NCBI GenBank assembly: GCA_002104945.1
Contig: MCFH01000042.1
Location: 419,119 to 483,118 of the forward strand
Origin: Piromyces finnis finn
Lineage: Eukaryota; Fungi; Neocallimastigomycota
Length of the DNA stretch: 64,000 nt
Direction of reading: 5' to 3'
Position 1 is the stretch's first letter. Each line of letters begins with the position of its first letter. The notes beneath the pieces are model-generated. The model was not told the DNA's origin, ran no database searches, and saw nothing but the letters and a program-made list of their open reading frames with translations. This document shows positions 40,568-53,651 of this stretch, piece by piece. The translations under genes and the position numbers were made by a program.

Positions 40568-40869
40568 TTAGTTGTTCTTAATTCTTTCAACTCTTTCTGG
40601 TGAAATTAATGGATTCATTTGGCACATGTAAGTAATAGCCCACATAAGGTAACAGCAAGCTAAAGTCAAAACAATACTGGTTCTGATGACACTGTATATT
40701 TTAAAAAGTATATTATAAAAAAAAAGGCATTAAAAAAACATATCTTTAATATTAAAAATTTTATTCGAGATATTTACGCTTGGTTTGGACCCTTTGGAGT
40801 GAATAAGAGGGCAAGAACGGATAAAACGAAGATAACGGCAAGAACGATTAAAAGTACTCTAACACCCAT
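40568..40869 (-). CDS. VMA9: V-type ATPase V0 subunit e (Vma9/ATP6V0E), 2 exons
   Basis: MGVRVLLIVLAVIFVLSVLALLFTPKGPNQA|VIRTSIVLTLACCYLMWAITYMCQMNPLISPERVERIKNN*. PKGPN and CCYLMW..Y..Q.NPL motifs present; not in the ORF track. Confidence 0.95.
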
Positions 40870-43800
40870 TATAATATTATCTATATATAATTTATTTTTT
40901 TTATAAAAATTATTAATTATTTTGTAAATTTAAAAAATATAAAATATTTCTTTCTTTTTTTTATAGTTGTTGTTGTTGTTGTTGTTATCCATCTCAATTT
41001 CCAGTTTATACTGAACTTTTGTTATTTAAAAAAAAGAATTTACTAAACTCTTTGATTTTTATTTAAAAAATAAATGTGTTTCGACACTTTATCCGATATT
41101 AAAAATTATTATGATGTTTGAAATATGTATTATATGTATTGATAAATAAATCCATTTGTACTAATATTTTTATACTTTTGACAATCTTTTCACTTTTATA
41201 TATTTTATCGATCATTAAAAAATACCAATTCCCTTTTCTTTTTTTCATAATGATTATTATTTTTGATTAAATATTTTAATTGGTATCAAAAAAAAAAAAG
41301 TTTTCTTTTTTTCAATAAACTCTTTACAATTCTCACCATGATATATTGCTTTTATTTTTTCCTTTATAATTTTATTTTTAAAGTTTGATTTTGTAATACA
41401 TTCTTTTTTTTTAATTATTTATTTATACTTTATAGTTGTTGTTGTTGTATTTACAAAAGTACAAGTGAATTAAAATAATATATAAATTTTTACTCCGAAA
41501 TTTTAAAGTTTTCAAAATTCGGTTCTATTATATAAATTGCATTTCATCATCACCATCATCGTACTGAATAAATCTCTTTTTTTTTTCATAAAATATACTT
41601 TAATATTATATAAATAGATTATTACTTTATTTTAAATTTTATTTGTGGTTTTGTTTTAGAGAGTTTTTTTTTTTTTAAATTTTTTATTTTAGTTTATTTC
41701 TTTTTAACTTTTTTTTTTTTTTAATTTCTTTTTCTTTTTTTTTTTCTTTTTTTTTTTTTTTAAAAAAATTATACTTTTAATAATTTTAAATAAAAAAAAA
41801 TTAGAGAAATAATAAATTGAGGTAAAATAAAGAAATTTTTTTGATTTATTTTTATTTATTATTGCTTTCAACTAAATATAAAATAATATATTATTGATTA
41901 TATTTTAATATATTAAGTCTAATTTTTTTCTAAAAATTATTAGGCCATAATTATCATAAAAAAAGTAATAATCCAAATGAAAAATATTAAATAATATTAA
42001 ATACTAATAAATATTAATAAATATTAATAATATTAAATACTATTAATAATATTAATACTATTAAATATTAAATACTATTAATACTATTAAATAGTAATAT
42101 TAAATACTAATAAATATTAAATAGTATTATTCCTAATAATAAAATTTATTATTATTCATTAGTATTCTATTTAATTATGAATTAGTATTTATTCATAAAT
42201 TAAATTTTATAAAGATTCATTTGTATTATGATGATTATCAATATTCTTTTTTTTTATTTATTATCATTTTTCTACATTTTTTTAGTATTGATTAAAGTTT
42301 TATATTTTACCTTTTAGATAAATAATAAATAATATATGAAGGAGTATAATCTTAATAATTATTTAATATACAAAACTAATCTTGTTTTTTTTTTTTTTTG
42401 ATATTAAACAATATAAATATTATTGGTATATTTCTATTTAAAATAGTTATATTATTAGCCAATCATTACTATATAACTCATGACGTAATTAGTATAAATA
42501 ATGTTGGGCTTAAAAATTAATATATGGAGATTTTATAAATTGTTCACATGAATATCATTATATTTATATAGATTTATGTTATGTAATCCTTTGATTGATG
42601 TCGTGTGATCGTCTTGTGTAAACATAGATTTTATGTATAAATTTATTTGTATTGAAATAATGGCTTAGATATGTAAAAGGTAAAGAATAAATATCATATT
42701 TTATTATTCATTGCAAAATATTTATGGCTTATAATACCAAAAAATATCCACTCTATGGAAGATCAATTTTTAAAAGTTTAAAGTTATAAAGTTTAAATAA
42801 AATAAAATTCTTTTTTAATATTTACCTTGACGGGATCCTTTTTTTTTTTTTTTTTTTTTTTGAATAATAATGATTAAAATAATACCATTCAACATTGTAT
42901 CAAGAAACACGTCATCCTCATCATAATAAAATATATTGTTTTAAAATAACTAAAGAATATGACATTCATATTAACAAAAAGAATCTAACGATGCTACAAG
43001 AGTTTAAAAAAATGGTTAAAAATTGAAAATATATTTATAGAAAAAACGAGTATTTATATATTAAATATTAACATATATAGTTTATTTTGAGTGAAAAGAT
43101 TTTTAAAAACAACATAAAATAATAAATAATCCGGAAAATATAATAGAAAGAGAAAAAGAACATATATAAATATTGTCAATGTAAACCATTACAATAATGT
43201 TTGCAAGATAACATTTTAAATTTGACATATCAAAAAAAAAAAGATTTTCTATATTTTTTAATTTTGGAGGATAGATTGTTTCGAAATATTGTAAATATTG
43301 TAGGTATAAAATAAACCGGCTGGTCAGTTTATTTTATAAAAAGGAAAATAGTAATAGTTTACATGGAAAGGATAATGGATGAATTTAAAAAAAAAAATAA
43401 TAATAATTCTAATTTTAATAATCAGCTTAAAATTATTATTATACACATATATTATATACTTTTTCTAATTTTAATAATCAGCTTAAAATAAGTTTATAAT
43501 ATATGTGTAGGTAGTAATAGCTTGAGCAAAAGATAATATTGAATTCATAACTATAATATTAATATGAGAGTTGAAACTTTATAAAATTTGGTTAAACAAA
43601 ATCTATTTTTTTTTAATCCTATCTTTTTTTTTTTTTACCTAACGATAGCTATACAATTTATTTATAATTATTCTAGTGTTTTTTTGTTTTTTTGTTTTTT
43701 TGTTTTTTGTTTGTTTGGTTTGGTTTTAGTTGTTACTAAATAATTACAGTAAAAAAAAAAAGTTTAAACTTTATAAAAAAAATTTTTTAAATTTTAATTA

Positions 43801-44160
43801 ATTGACTTTAAAAAAATGTATCCAAATTCAAATACCAAATATAGAATAATGAATAAATTAAACAACTACCACCACACACCACTTGAAAAGAAAATGTAAA
43901 AAAAAAAAAGTATAAATACTACCCAAGGTATTACTTGAATTTAAAATTGAATAAATAATTTATTTATTTATTTTTTATATTATTAATTTTTTTTTATTCA
44001 AATAGGTTCACTCTAATAGTTAAATAAATATTCTAAATTCTTATTAAAAATGAATTGTAAAAAAGAGAGAGAATTTGTCTTTTATAAATAATATTTCTAT
44101 TGATATTTGTTTTTTGTTTTTGTTTTTTTTTTACTATTATTTATTTAATATTTTATTCCA

Positions 44161-44184
<24 letters not shown>

Positions 44185-44191
<7 letters not shown>

Positions 44192-45306
44192 CCAACTCTT
44201 TGTTCACATCTAGAATAACGGAATAAACCATTAATAAAACCGGCATAGGTGATGTCTTTTTTGCCTGGAACATAATAAATTTCTGAAAGACGAATTTGCC
44301 AGGGAGGATAACCGTATAATTGGAAATATTCTGGAGTTCCACCATAAATAATAATTAGTTCTGGATCACATCCATCATTTTTAAAAGTGTATTTAGAAAT
44401 AACTTCGTTCATGGCTTCAATCGTCATACACTGAACCTCACTACTTTTCATGGTTTTAGAAAGTAGTGATGCAACTTTAGCTATTTGTGGTTTACCATCA
44501 TCATAAGAAATGAAATTTACATGGAAATGGGAATAAAATGTCTTTTGTTTTTCATTATTATTTAAAATATAGGTATTGGTTAAATGACGAGCGGTGACCA
44601 AATCACCTGAACCATTAAACTTTATAGAAAATTCGGGTGCTGCTGGGAAATGAACTTCTTCATCAAAGGTATTGGCAATTTCTTTAATATGTTGCTTTAA
44701 GAAGCTGTTATAGTCATAGAAAGAAATATAAGGGATACCCACTTCTATTGACCAATAGATCAATTGCTTTATATTATGGAAAAGTTCTGTTGGATTTTCA
44801 TGGTCTTTAGGTTGGATTTGTATTATAAATGATAAATGTTTTGGGATTTTTTTCAAATAGACGACATTCATGGATAATGTCTTGGGAGTCAATTCAAATT
44901 TCTTTTCTGCCAATTTATCTTTTATATTCGATATTATTTTATTGAACATTAAATATATACTGTAGAATACATGCATTCCAAATAATATGACATAAAATAT
45001 TGGAGATAATATAAAATCAAGTTTGTTTTTTATCAAGGTTTGTTTAAAGCTACTTTCTTCACTTAGCTCTTTTTTCAAACATTGAAGATTATATTTTTCA
45101 AAAACATCTTCTGTATTCTCATTGTTTGTTTCTGTGGTGGTGGTGGATACCTTTGTTGTTGTATGAGATGGTGTTGAATTCTTTTGTGTATTATTGGTTT
45201 CTTCTGGGTTGGTTTTCTTTACAGAACCGTCATATCCTTCATCATATAAGGTATTTTCAGTTTCTGTACTATCATATCCAGTGTCTTTAATTATTTCAGT
45301 TTGCAT
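44185..45306 (-). CDS. NUS1: cis-prenyltransferase complex subunit Nus1/NgBR, intronless
   Basis: IPKHLSFII, WSIEVGIPYISFYD, ISYDDGKPQI, DPELIIIYG, YGYPPWQIRLSEI and C-terminal RXG motif in YSRCEQRVGK*. Confidence 0.95.
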
Positions 45307-46618
45307 TTTTTATTAAATATATCTATTATATAGTATTAATAAAATATGGTTTTATTTTTTTTAAAAAAAAAAAAAAGAGGAGGGAAGGAACTATTAAATG
45401 GATTTATTGAAAGTATTGGTATTATAAATTATTTATTATAAAATAATTATTTTATAATAATTATTATATTGTTATTATTATTGATTGTTGTTATTATTGA
45501 TTGCTGTTATTATTATAAATTAGTATTGTTCTTTTTGTAAATCGTTAATATAATGTTAGTATCGTTGGTGTTTTTATTTCCATAACTATTTATTATGAAT
45601 ATTGGAAATGACCAAAAGGAAATTTTTTTTTTTTAATATAAAACTTTTGGTGAAATTTTTGTTTTTTGCTGTTATTGTTGATTATTATTTAATAAATTAC
45701 AATAATTTTTTTTATTTTTATAAAATTAATTATGTCAATGTAGGTGTAATTATGATTGCCAAAAAAAAAAAAAAGGTAATATAATAGTATTCTTTTGTTT
45801 TGTTTTTTTTGAAATTGCTATTCAATAATTGGTTATTAAAGTAGTATATTTATATATATATAATAACAGTATTTTAGATATATTATTTTATCCCTATTAT
45901 TACAATTAAAAAATAAAGAAAACTTTTATATTAAATTGGTAAAAGGTTTGTTTTTTCCTTATCACCCAATTTAATGCTACTTTTTTTTTTTAACTTTTGT
46001 AAAGTTTCTTTAAAAAAAAAAAAGGAAAAAAATTTCTTGTTCTTTTTTTTTTTTTTACTATATTTTCTTTGACATTATATTAATAATATATTAGATTATA
46101 ATGATAAATATATTAATTATAATTAATTTTAATATAAATTTTAATTCTATCCTTTTTTTTTTAATACACAAAAAAAAAAAAAGATCAAAAGTAATATTTA
46201 AATAGCTACTTTTAAAAAAAGTATCAATATAATAATATAAATAATATAATAGTAATAGAATCTAATGAATGCATTACTTTTAACAACTAAAAAAGATACA
46301 AGATTTCGGTTTTATAAAAATAAATGTCATAATAAAAAAAAAAAAAAAAAGGGAATGGAAAATTAATAAAAAAAAGTTTACTGATTTTAATATTCCATAA
46401 ATTTATAAAAAATTTTGATCACCACCCTTGAAAAGTACCTATAGAAAATTATATTAAATTTCATATTAAAAAAATAAAAATATCATAGGAACAAAAGCAT
46501 TTCTTTTTCTATTATTATTATTATTATTATTATATATTTTAAACTAGTACACTAATTCAATTTAAATAATATTTTTTTATCTTTTAGAAAAAAACCTATA
46601 CTATTCCTATAATACTTC

Positions 46619-46621
<3 letters not shown>

Positions 46622-46675
<54 letters not shown>
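46622..46675. repeat. (TTA)n trinucleotide microsatellite
   Basis: About 18 uninterrupted units upstream of the GNAT gene. Confidence 0.9.
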
Positions 46676-46679
<4 letters not shown>

Positions 46680-46849
46680 GACTTTTTCATCTAAAAAAAA
46701 AAAAAATTTCAAATAGAAATAAAGTTTTTTTTATTATCCAATAAAATTCCACAATGAATTCAAATTTAATATGTTGAAATCTTTTAAGGAAAAGAAAAAA
46801 AAAATTTTTTTTTAAAAGTTTACAATAAAAAAAAAAAAAAAAGGAAAAA

Positions 46850-47509
46850 ATGGAAAGTAATAATAAAAATAATACATTGGTAATAACAACGTTGGAATCA
46901 TTAAAAGATTATTGTAATGTTTCAAAAGAAGTTCTTATAAATTCACTTCAAAAACTTGAAAAAAAAATATTTCCAAAAAATGAACAAATGGATATTTCAA
47001 CCGAAGTTAAAAAACGAACCAATACATTGGTTATAGCAATAACCTTAAATACACCTTCCACTTCAGATACCGTTAAAGCAACAACAACAACCGAAAATAA
47101 TTATACCCAAGAAAAAAATAAATTAAAAAATAAAAGAAAAAGTAAAGGAAATTTAAAAAATAATAATAGTAGTGGTCTAGTGAATTTCAATAAAAAATCA
47201 ACAACCGAAATCAATAGTAATAAATATTTTGTTGTTGGATATCTTATCTATTCAAAAAAGGATTCTATAATTAAATTTGCTGTCGATCCTTCTAAAAGAA
47301 ATCTTGGTACTGGTTGGAAATTACTTTCTTATTCAATGGAACGTATGACAAATCAAATGCCAAAAGGTCATAAAATAAATTTAGCAGTAGATATTAGTCG
47401 ACTTCCTGCACAACATTTATATTCTAAAGTTGGCTTTAAAATTAAAGAACAAATTGATAATTATTATGAACCAGGAAGACATGCTTATATTATGGAATAT
47501 TTTGTATAA
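46850..47509 (+). CDS. GNAT acetyltransferase, RimI/Naa-like, intronless
   Basis: Motif A KFAVDPSKRNLGTGWKLL, motif B AQHLYSKVGF, and C-terminal NYYEPGRHAYIM. Confidence 0.85.
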   Translation: MESNNKNNTLVITTLESLKDYCNVSKEVLINSLQKLEKKIFPKNEQMDISTEVKKRTNTLVIAITLNTPSTSDTVKATTTTENNYTQEKNKLKNKRKSKGNLKNNNSSGLVNFNKKSTTEINSNKYFVVGYLIYSKKDSIIKFAVDPSKRNLGTGWKLLSYSMERMTNQMPKGHKINLAVDISRLPAQHLYSKVGFKIKEQIDNYYEPGRHAYIMEYFV

Positions 47510-47687
47510 TAAATTCATTACTAGTTTAATTGATACATAAATATACCCTTTTTTTTTTTAAAAAAAAAAAAAAAAAGTACTTTATATTGATAGTAATATG
47601 AACTTGGAGAAAAAACTATAATAGTATGAAGATATATTATTATATAGTAGTATTTAAGTTACAAGAATTTAATTAAAAAAATATACC

Positions 47688-47847
47688 CTCATAAGCTATA
47701 TAGACTCATAAATTATATAGACTCATAAATTATATAGACTCATAAATTATATAGACTCGTAAACTATATAGACTCATAAATTATATAGACTCATAAACTA
47801 TATAGACTCATAAATTATATAGACTCGTAAACTATATAGACTCATAA
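47688..47847. repeat. 17-bp tandem repeat GACTC(A/G)TAAA(T/C)TATATA, about 9.4 copies
   Basis: GACTC starts at 47703, 47720, 47737, 47754, 47771, 47788, 47805, 47822 and 47839 (period 17). Confidence 0.95.
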
Positions 47848-48603
47848 CCAGATTTTTTTTTCCATCCTCTAGCTATCTAATTTCTATATTTATATATAAT
47901 ATATCATTCATGTGTTTTTCTTATACCTATTTATATTTGTTTATCCTATTTTTTATTCCTTATTTTTATTATGCATGACTATCTATACCTCTGCATATCT
48001 ACATCTTTATTGTTTCTTTTTCAATAAAGTTTATAAAAATATTTTTTTAAAATAAAAAATGGACTATGGGCTAGCGGCCGGTACAAAATTAAATTTTTGG
48101 CGGCATTTTCCCTTGATTTAATTTTTATTGCTTTTTTTATCAATTCCTACATTAATATAAATGTATATGTTTGGCCAATAATTTTTTGTGTTTGTTAATT
48201 AATGTATTTGTAACATTTAATTAAAATCTAAATTAAAAGATTTTCTTTTAGCAGGAAGGAGAAAGAAGAAAATGAGATGATGATAGTTCCATTAGGAATA
48301 ATAAAAGAATGTTGATTGAAAAGGAAAAAATAAAAAGTCTTAAAGTATAACTGAATGATGTACTGACTATATCGTGTAGGATGGGTAGAATATTTTAGGA
48401 ATAACTTTTGTTAATGGTATAGCCATAAAATTCAAACCAAAAAAAAAAAAAAATTTTAAAAAAAATTCCAAAATTGAAAATCTTTAATTTATTTTAATTC
48501 ATTAAAAAAAAAAAAAAAAAAAATATTGTTTATTAAACATAAAAAAAAATAAGAAAAACCACACTCACACAAACAGAAATTGAAATTAAAAAGAAAACAA
48601 AAA

Positions 48604-48679
<76 letters not shown>

Positions 48680-48832
48680 TCTTATAATATTAATATTTAA
48701 AAAGAAATTAAAGTAAATAAAATATAAAAAAGTAAAAAGTAATAATTTTTTTAAAAAAAAAAAAAGTCACTCAATGCTAACAAACAATTAATATTTCATA
48801 TAAAATTATTTTAAAAAAAGAATTATATCAAA

Positions 48833-51800
48833 ATGAAAAATTTAACAAAAAGACAGACGAAAAAAAAAGATTTTGATGCTTCTTTTGAAGAAAAAGAAAG
48901 TTTATTAAAAAAACAATTCCCAAGTGTAGAAGAAGAAGAAGAAAAAATTCATAAAAAACCATCAAATTTTGTAATTATTTTTTAGTTTTTCTTTTTTTTT
49001 TTTTTTATTATTATTATTAGTAATAGTAGTGGTGGTGGTGGTGGTGTTTTAAGAATAGATAAAGATGTAAACATTTTCATAGTTTTACAAAAAAAAAAAA
49101 AAAAATGTAACGTTAAAAGAAAATCTTTACTCAATAAAAGTTTTTTTTTTTTTTTTTTTTATATTTTTATTATTATTGGTGGTATTGTTGTCGTTTATAC
49201 ATATTATATTACATTATAGAAAAACAACTTTTCTTCTGGTGCTTATGATAATATAATTGCTATAGCATTAACAGTTTTTGCATTATGTCTCAGACTTCCA
49301 TACATTCATAATCCAAAGCAAGTTGTATTCGATGAAGTTCACTTTGGTGGTTTTGCTAATAAATACATTTCAAGAAAGTTTTTCATGGGTATTTACCTTT
49401 AAACTATATTATAAAATATTAATAATTTTCTAAAAAAAAAAAAAAACATTTAATATTATATTTTCAAAAACAAACATTAAAAAAAATATTATTATTATTT
49501 TACTGTATCTTTTATTATAACCATTATTAAAATTTAAATAATTCAAAAGATGTTCATCCACCTTTAGCTAAATTATTGATCACCTATGTCAGGTATTTTG
49601 ATTTTTAAATAATAAATAAATTTTTATTATAAAATAGTGATAAATAGTAATAATAAGAGATAATAATAATAATACACCACACTGATTAATCTTAATAATA
49701 TATAATATTTTTAATAATACTTTTATTAAAAAAAAAAAAAAAAAAAATGGTAAATTCAAAAAAAAAAAAAAAGTCAAGTATTTATGTACAATGGCTCTTT
49801 CCCATTCAAAAGTATTGGTGATGACATTCCAAAGGGTGTACCATACATTCAAATGAGAATGTACAATGCTTTATTAGGTGTTTCTCTTGTTCCAGTAGGT
49901 TGAAAAAAAATTGTTTTTAAAGGAATATAAAAGGTTTTTTTTTTAATAATTCAATAAATTCTTAATGAATGAATAAATTAGGTTGCTTTTTACACCGTTA
50001 GAGCTTTAGGTTTTTCCACCCTTACTGCCTTAATTACAGGAATTTTAGTTACTTGTGGTAGAAATCCATACATTTTTCTAATCCGTTAATAAAAATAATA
50101 AAATAATAGCAATATTAATACCTTTATTTTTTTTTTTCATATCAATAATACTATAGAAAATTCCTTAGCTACTCAATCTAGGTATTTAATATATGATTTA
50201 ATAATAAATATTTCTAAACCCAATACAAAATTGACATTAAATCAATTCATTCCAATTTAAATCTATGGATTCATCATTTATTTAGACTTATTTTATTAGA
50301 TGCTCCATTAATTTTATTCACTGGTATTACCCTTTTATCTTGGGCTAAATTCCAAAACCTCCAAAAAGTGTATGTTGTACCCTCCTTTCTATTAAAATTG
50401 TTAAAAAAAAAAAAAAGGTAAAATTTGATACTAATTATTTTATTTAATATAATGGATGAATAATAGTCCATTTAGTCCTGAATGGTGGAAATGGCTCGCT
50501 CTTACTGGTGTTGGGTAATTCTATAGTTTTTTTAAAATCATATATCATATAGATATATATATTGTATATATTTCATTTAACTAACTAATAATTCAATTGT
50601 TATATTAAATTTGAAATAAATAGTTTAGGTCTTGTTAGTAGTGTAAAGATGGTTGGTTTATTTAGTGTTGCTTACATTGGTCTTGCTACACTTAACAATC
50701 TCTGGAATGTATTAGGCGATTTAAACAATTCTATGGTAAACTTTCATTCCTTGTTTTTTTTTTTTTTTTTTTTACTTATTATTACACTATAAAATTCAAA
50801 ATACAAAAGTCGACTTTGGGTATTTCTATTATACTAAATATTAATTGCAAACTTTAATTTCAAACCTCTCTTCCTATAAAATATAATATATGTATATATA
50901 TATAAAAAAAAAAAAAGAAAAAATTCTATCAACACTTTATGGCAAGAGCCTTATGTTTAATTGTTATTCCAATATCCATTTATGCCTCATTCTTCTTAAT
51001 TCATTTCTTAGTCTTAAATCAAACTGGTTCTGGTGCAGCATTTATGTCACCTGAATTCCAAACGACCTTTGTTAACTCTACTATTCCATCCACTCAATTA
51101 CAAATTGGTTACGGATCTGAAGTTACTATTAGACATTTAAATACAAATGGTGGTTTCCTTCACTCTCACGGTTCCAACTATAAAACTGGTTCAAAACAAC
51201 AACAAATTACTTGTTATTCTCACAGAGATACCAACAATATTTGGATTATTGAAAAACGTAAAAATGCTAATTTTACTTCCTTTGAACCCTTAAAGAACGG
51301 TGATATTATTCGTTTACTTCACAAAACTACTCAAAGACGTCTTCACTCTCACGGTAATGATAAATTTAAGTAAGTACTACAACACTTTTATAGGGATAAA
51401 AACTTTTTTTTTTTTTTTGAGATAAAAAAAATAATAAATTTATTTTCACAAATTTACAACCTTTTATTAATCCAAATTCTTTTTTTTTTTTTACTATTAT
51501 ACAAAATTACTCTTTATTCTCTTTGCCTTTATACAACTAACTCTACCTACAAAACTCAACTATTTTTTATTCACTATCCTTCTATCTATAAAATACAACG
51601 ACAATTTCTTTGCCCCCTCCATTCATCTATATAAAATACAACGACTCTTTAATATACAATTAATGTACCGGATTTTGTTATCTATTATTATTTATTCCTC
51701 TTTTTTTTTTTTTTTTATTCTTTTCTCTGTAAAACCATTATTATTTATGATGATGATGAATAAAATTTAAATAGGCCACCAGTTTCTCAACAAGATTTCC

Positions 51801-52929
51801 AATACGAAGCAACCGGCTATGGTAATCCATCTATTATTGATAGCAATGATGAATGGCGTATTGATGTTATTGGTGCTAGTAAGGGACAACCTGTTCATTC
51901 CATTACATCTAAATTCCGTTTAATTCATGTTAACAATAAATGTGCCTTATTTAGTCACACTGTTAAACTTCCAGATTGGGCTTTCTCTCAACAAGAAGTT
52001 ACTTGTGGTAAAGGAGCTTTAAAGAAGAATACCATTTGGCTTTTCGAAACTAGTCAAAATAAATTCTGTAATACATTTTTTATATTATATAACAAACAAA
52101 AAAAAAAAAAAAAAAAAAAAAAACATACCTATAAATTCTATATATATATATTTTTTTTTTTCACTCCATAGACAATAAATTCCAATTTTTAAAAAAAAAA
52201 AATTCGACAAACTAATTTATATTTATTTATATATATACAATAATTTGATGCACAGTACCAAAAAATACAGAAAAAATTACATACAACAGACCAGGTTTTA
52301 TTAAAAAGTTTATTGAATTAAATACTGTGATGTGGAATGTTAATAAGGGATTAACCAGTTCACATCCTTATGAAAGTCATCCATCCTCCTGGTTATTCTT
52401 AAGAAGAGGTATTAGTTTCTGGACTGGTAAAAAAGATTATGTTGGTAGAATTTACTTAATTGGTAATCCAGTTTCATGGTATTTGGGTGCTGCTGGTGTT
52501 ATTTTCTATATTGGATTCTTTGCCATGACCCTCTTCCTTCAACAAATTCAACGTAAGAATAAGATATTCGATATCAATTCAACCTATTTCAGTAAGGGTG
52601 GATTATTATTCTCAGCATACTTTTGGCATTATTTCCCATTCTTTGTCATGGGTCGACAACTTTTCATTCATCATTACCTTCCATGTGTTTATATTTCCAT
52701 TATTCTTTCCATGATTTCGTTAGAAACACTCATTAAATATGTAAGACCAGCAAAAATCGTAATTCCAATCCTTATTGCTTGTTTATCTATCTTTACCTTT
52801 TTCTACTTTTCTCCATATACCTATGGTACTTTTATGACCACTAAACACTGTGAAAGAATGAAATTGCGTAAAACATGGGATTGGGATTGTAAATACTATG
52901 ATAAGAATGCTCATAAATTAAAAAAGTAA
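48833..52929 (+). CDS. PMT1: Dolichyl-phosphate-mannose protein O-mannosyltransferase (GT39), PMT1-like, multi-exon
   Basis: VVFDEVHFGGFANKY..FFM|DVHPPLAKLL, MIR domains (GGFLHSHGSNY.TGSKQQQITCY, RRLHSH, FRLIHV), SSHPYESHPSSW, YLIGNP, HYFPFFVMGRQLFIHHYLP. Subfamily call rests on FFMDVHPPLAK. Confidence 0.93.
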
Positions 52930-53081
52930 ATAAATTACACACTCTTTTTTTTTTTTTCTCCTTCTTCTTCTTTCCCTTGGATGTATTCTATCCAAAAAAA
53001 AAATACACCGTATAATTACTACACGTTTAAATCGTAAATGTAAAAAAAAAAAAAAGACAAATGATAATTATTAATGAATGG

Positions 53082-53117
<36 letters not shown>

Positions 53118-53613
53118 ATAATCATTAATGATATAGAAATAGAAATAGAATTATATAAATGGTGTAAAGATAAGAAAATGAAATAGTATACAATTAGAAA
53201 ATGAAAAAAAAAAAAAAAACACATCTTTACCCTTTATATTTTTTAAAATATATATATATATTTAATTTCCTTTTAAACCTATTTAACTAATGAATAAGAT
53301 ACAACTTTTTTTAATAGTCTATCTTTTTAACGTTTAAAAATGTTAATCCATATACTATTGAAAAAAAATAATAATAATAATTACTGCCTATAATAATTCA
53401 TAATTCATCAATAAATAAAAAAAAATAAAAAAATATCTCTATTTTTTTTTTTAATTAATGTGTTTCTAACCTTTTATCCTCTTCTTCTTCTTTAACTATT
53501 TTATTTTTATCTCTATTGATTCCACCATACCTTGAAAAAAAAAAAGATAAAAAAAAATATTATTATTAAATAAACTCTTGATAAAATAAAATTTTAAAAA
53601 ACTCTATTATCTG

Positions 53614-53651
<38 letters not shown>

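Noticed and set aside
48277-48367. Possible C/D-box snoRNA (ATGATGA ... CTGA)
   Set aside because: No convincing terminal stem and no rRNA-complementary guide that I can recognise. An Rfam or snoscan search would be needed.
51587-51645. 16-bp direct repeat TATAAAATACAACGAC in a PMT1 intron
   Set aside because: Only two copies 43 nt apart with no target-site or terminal-repeat signature; likely a local slippage duplication.
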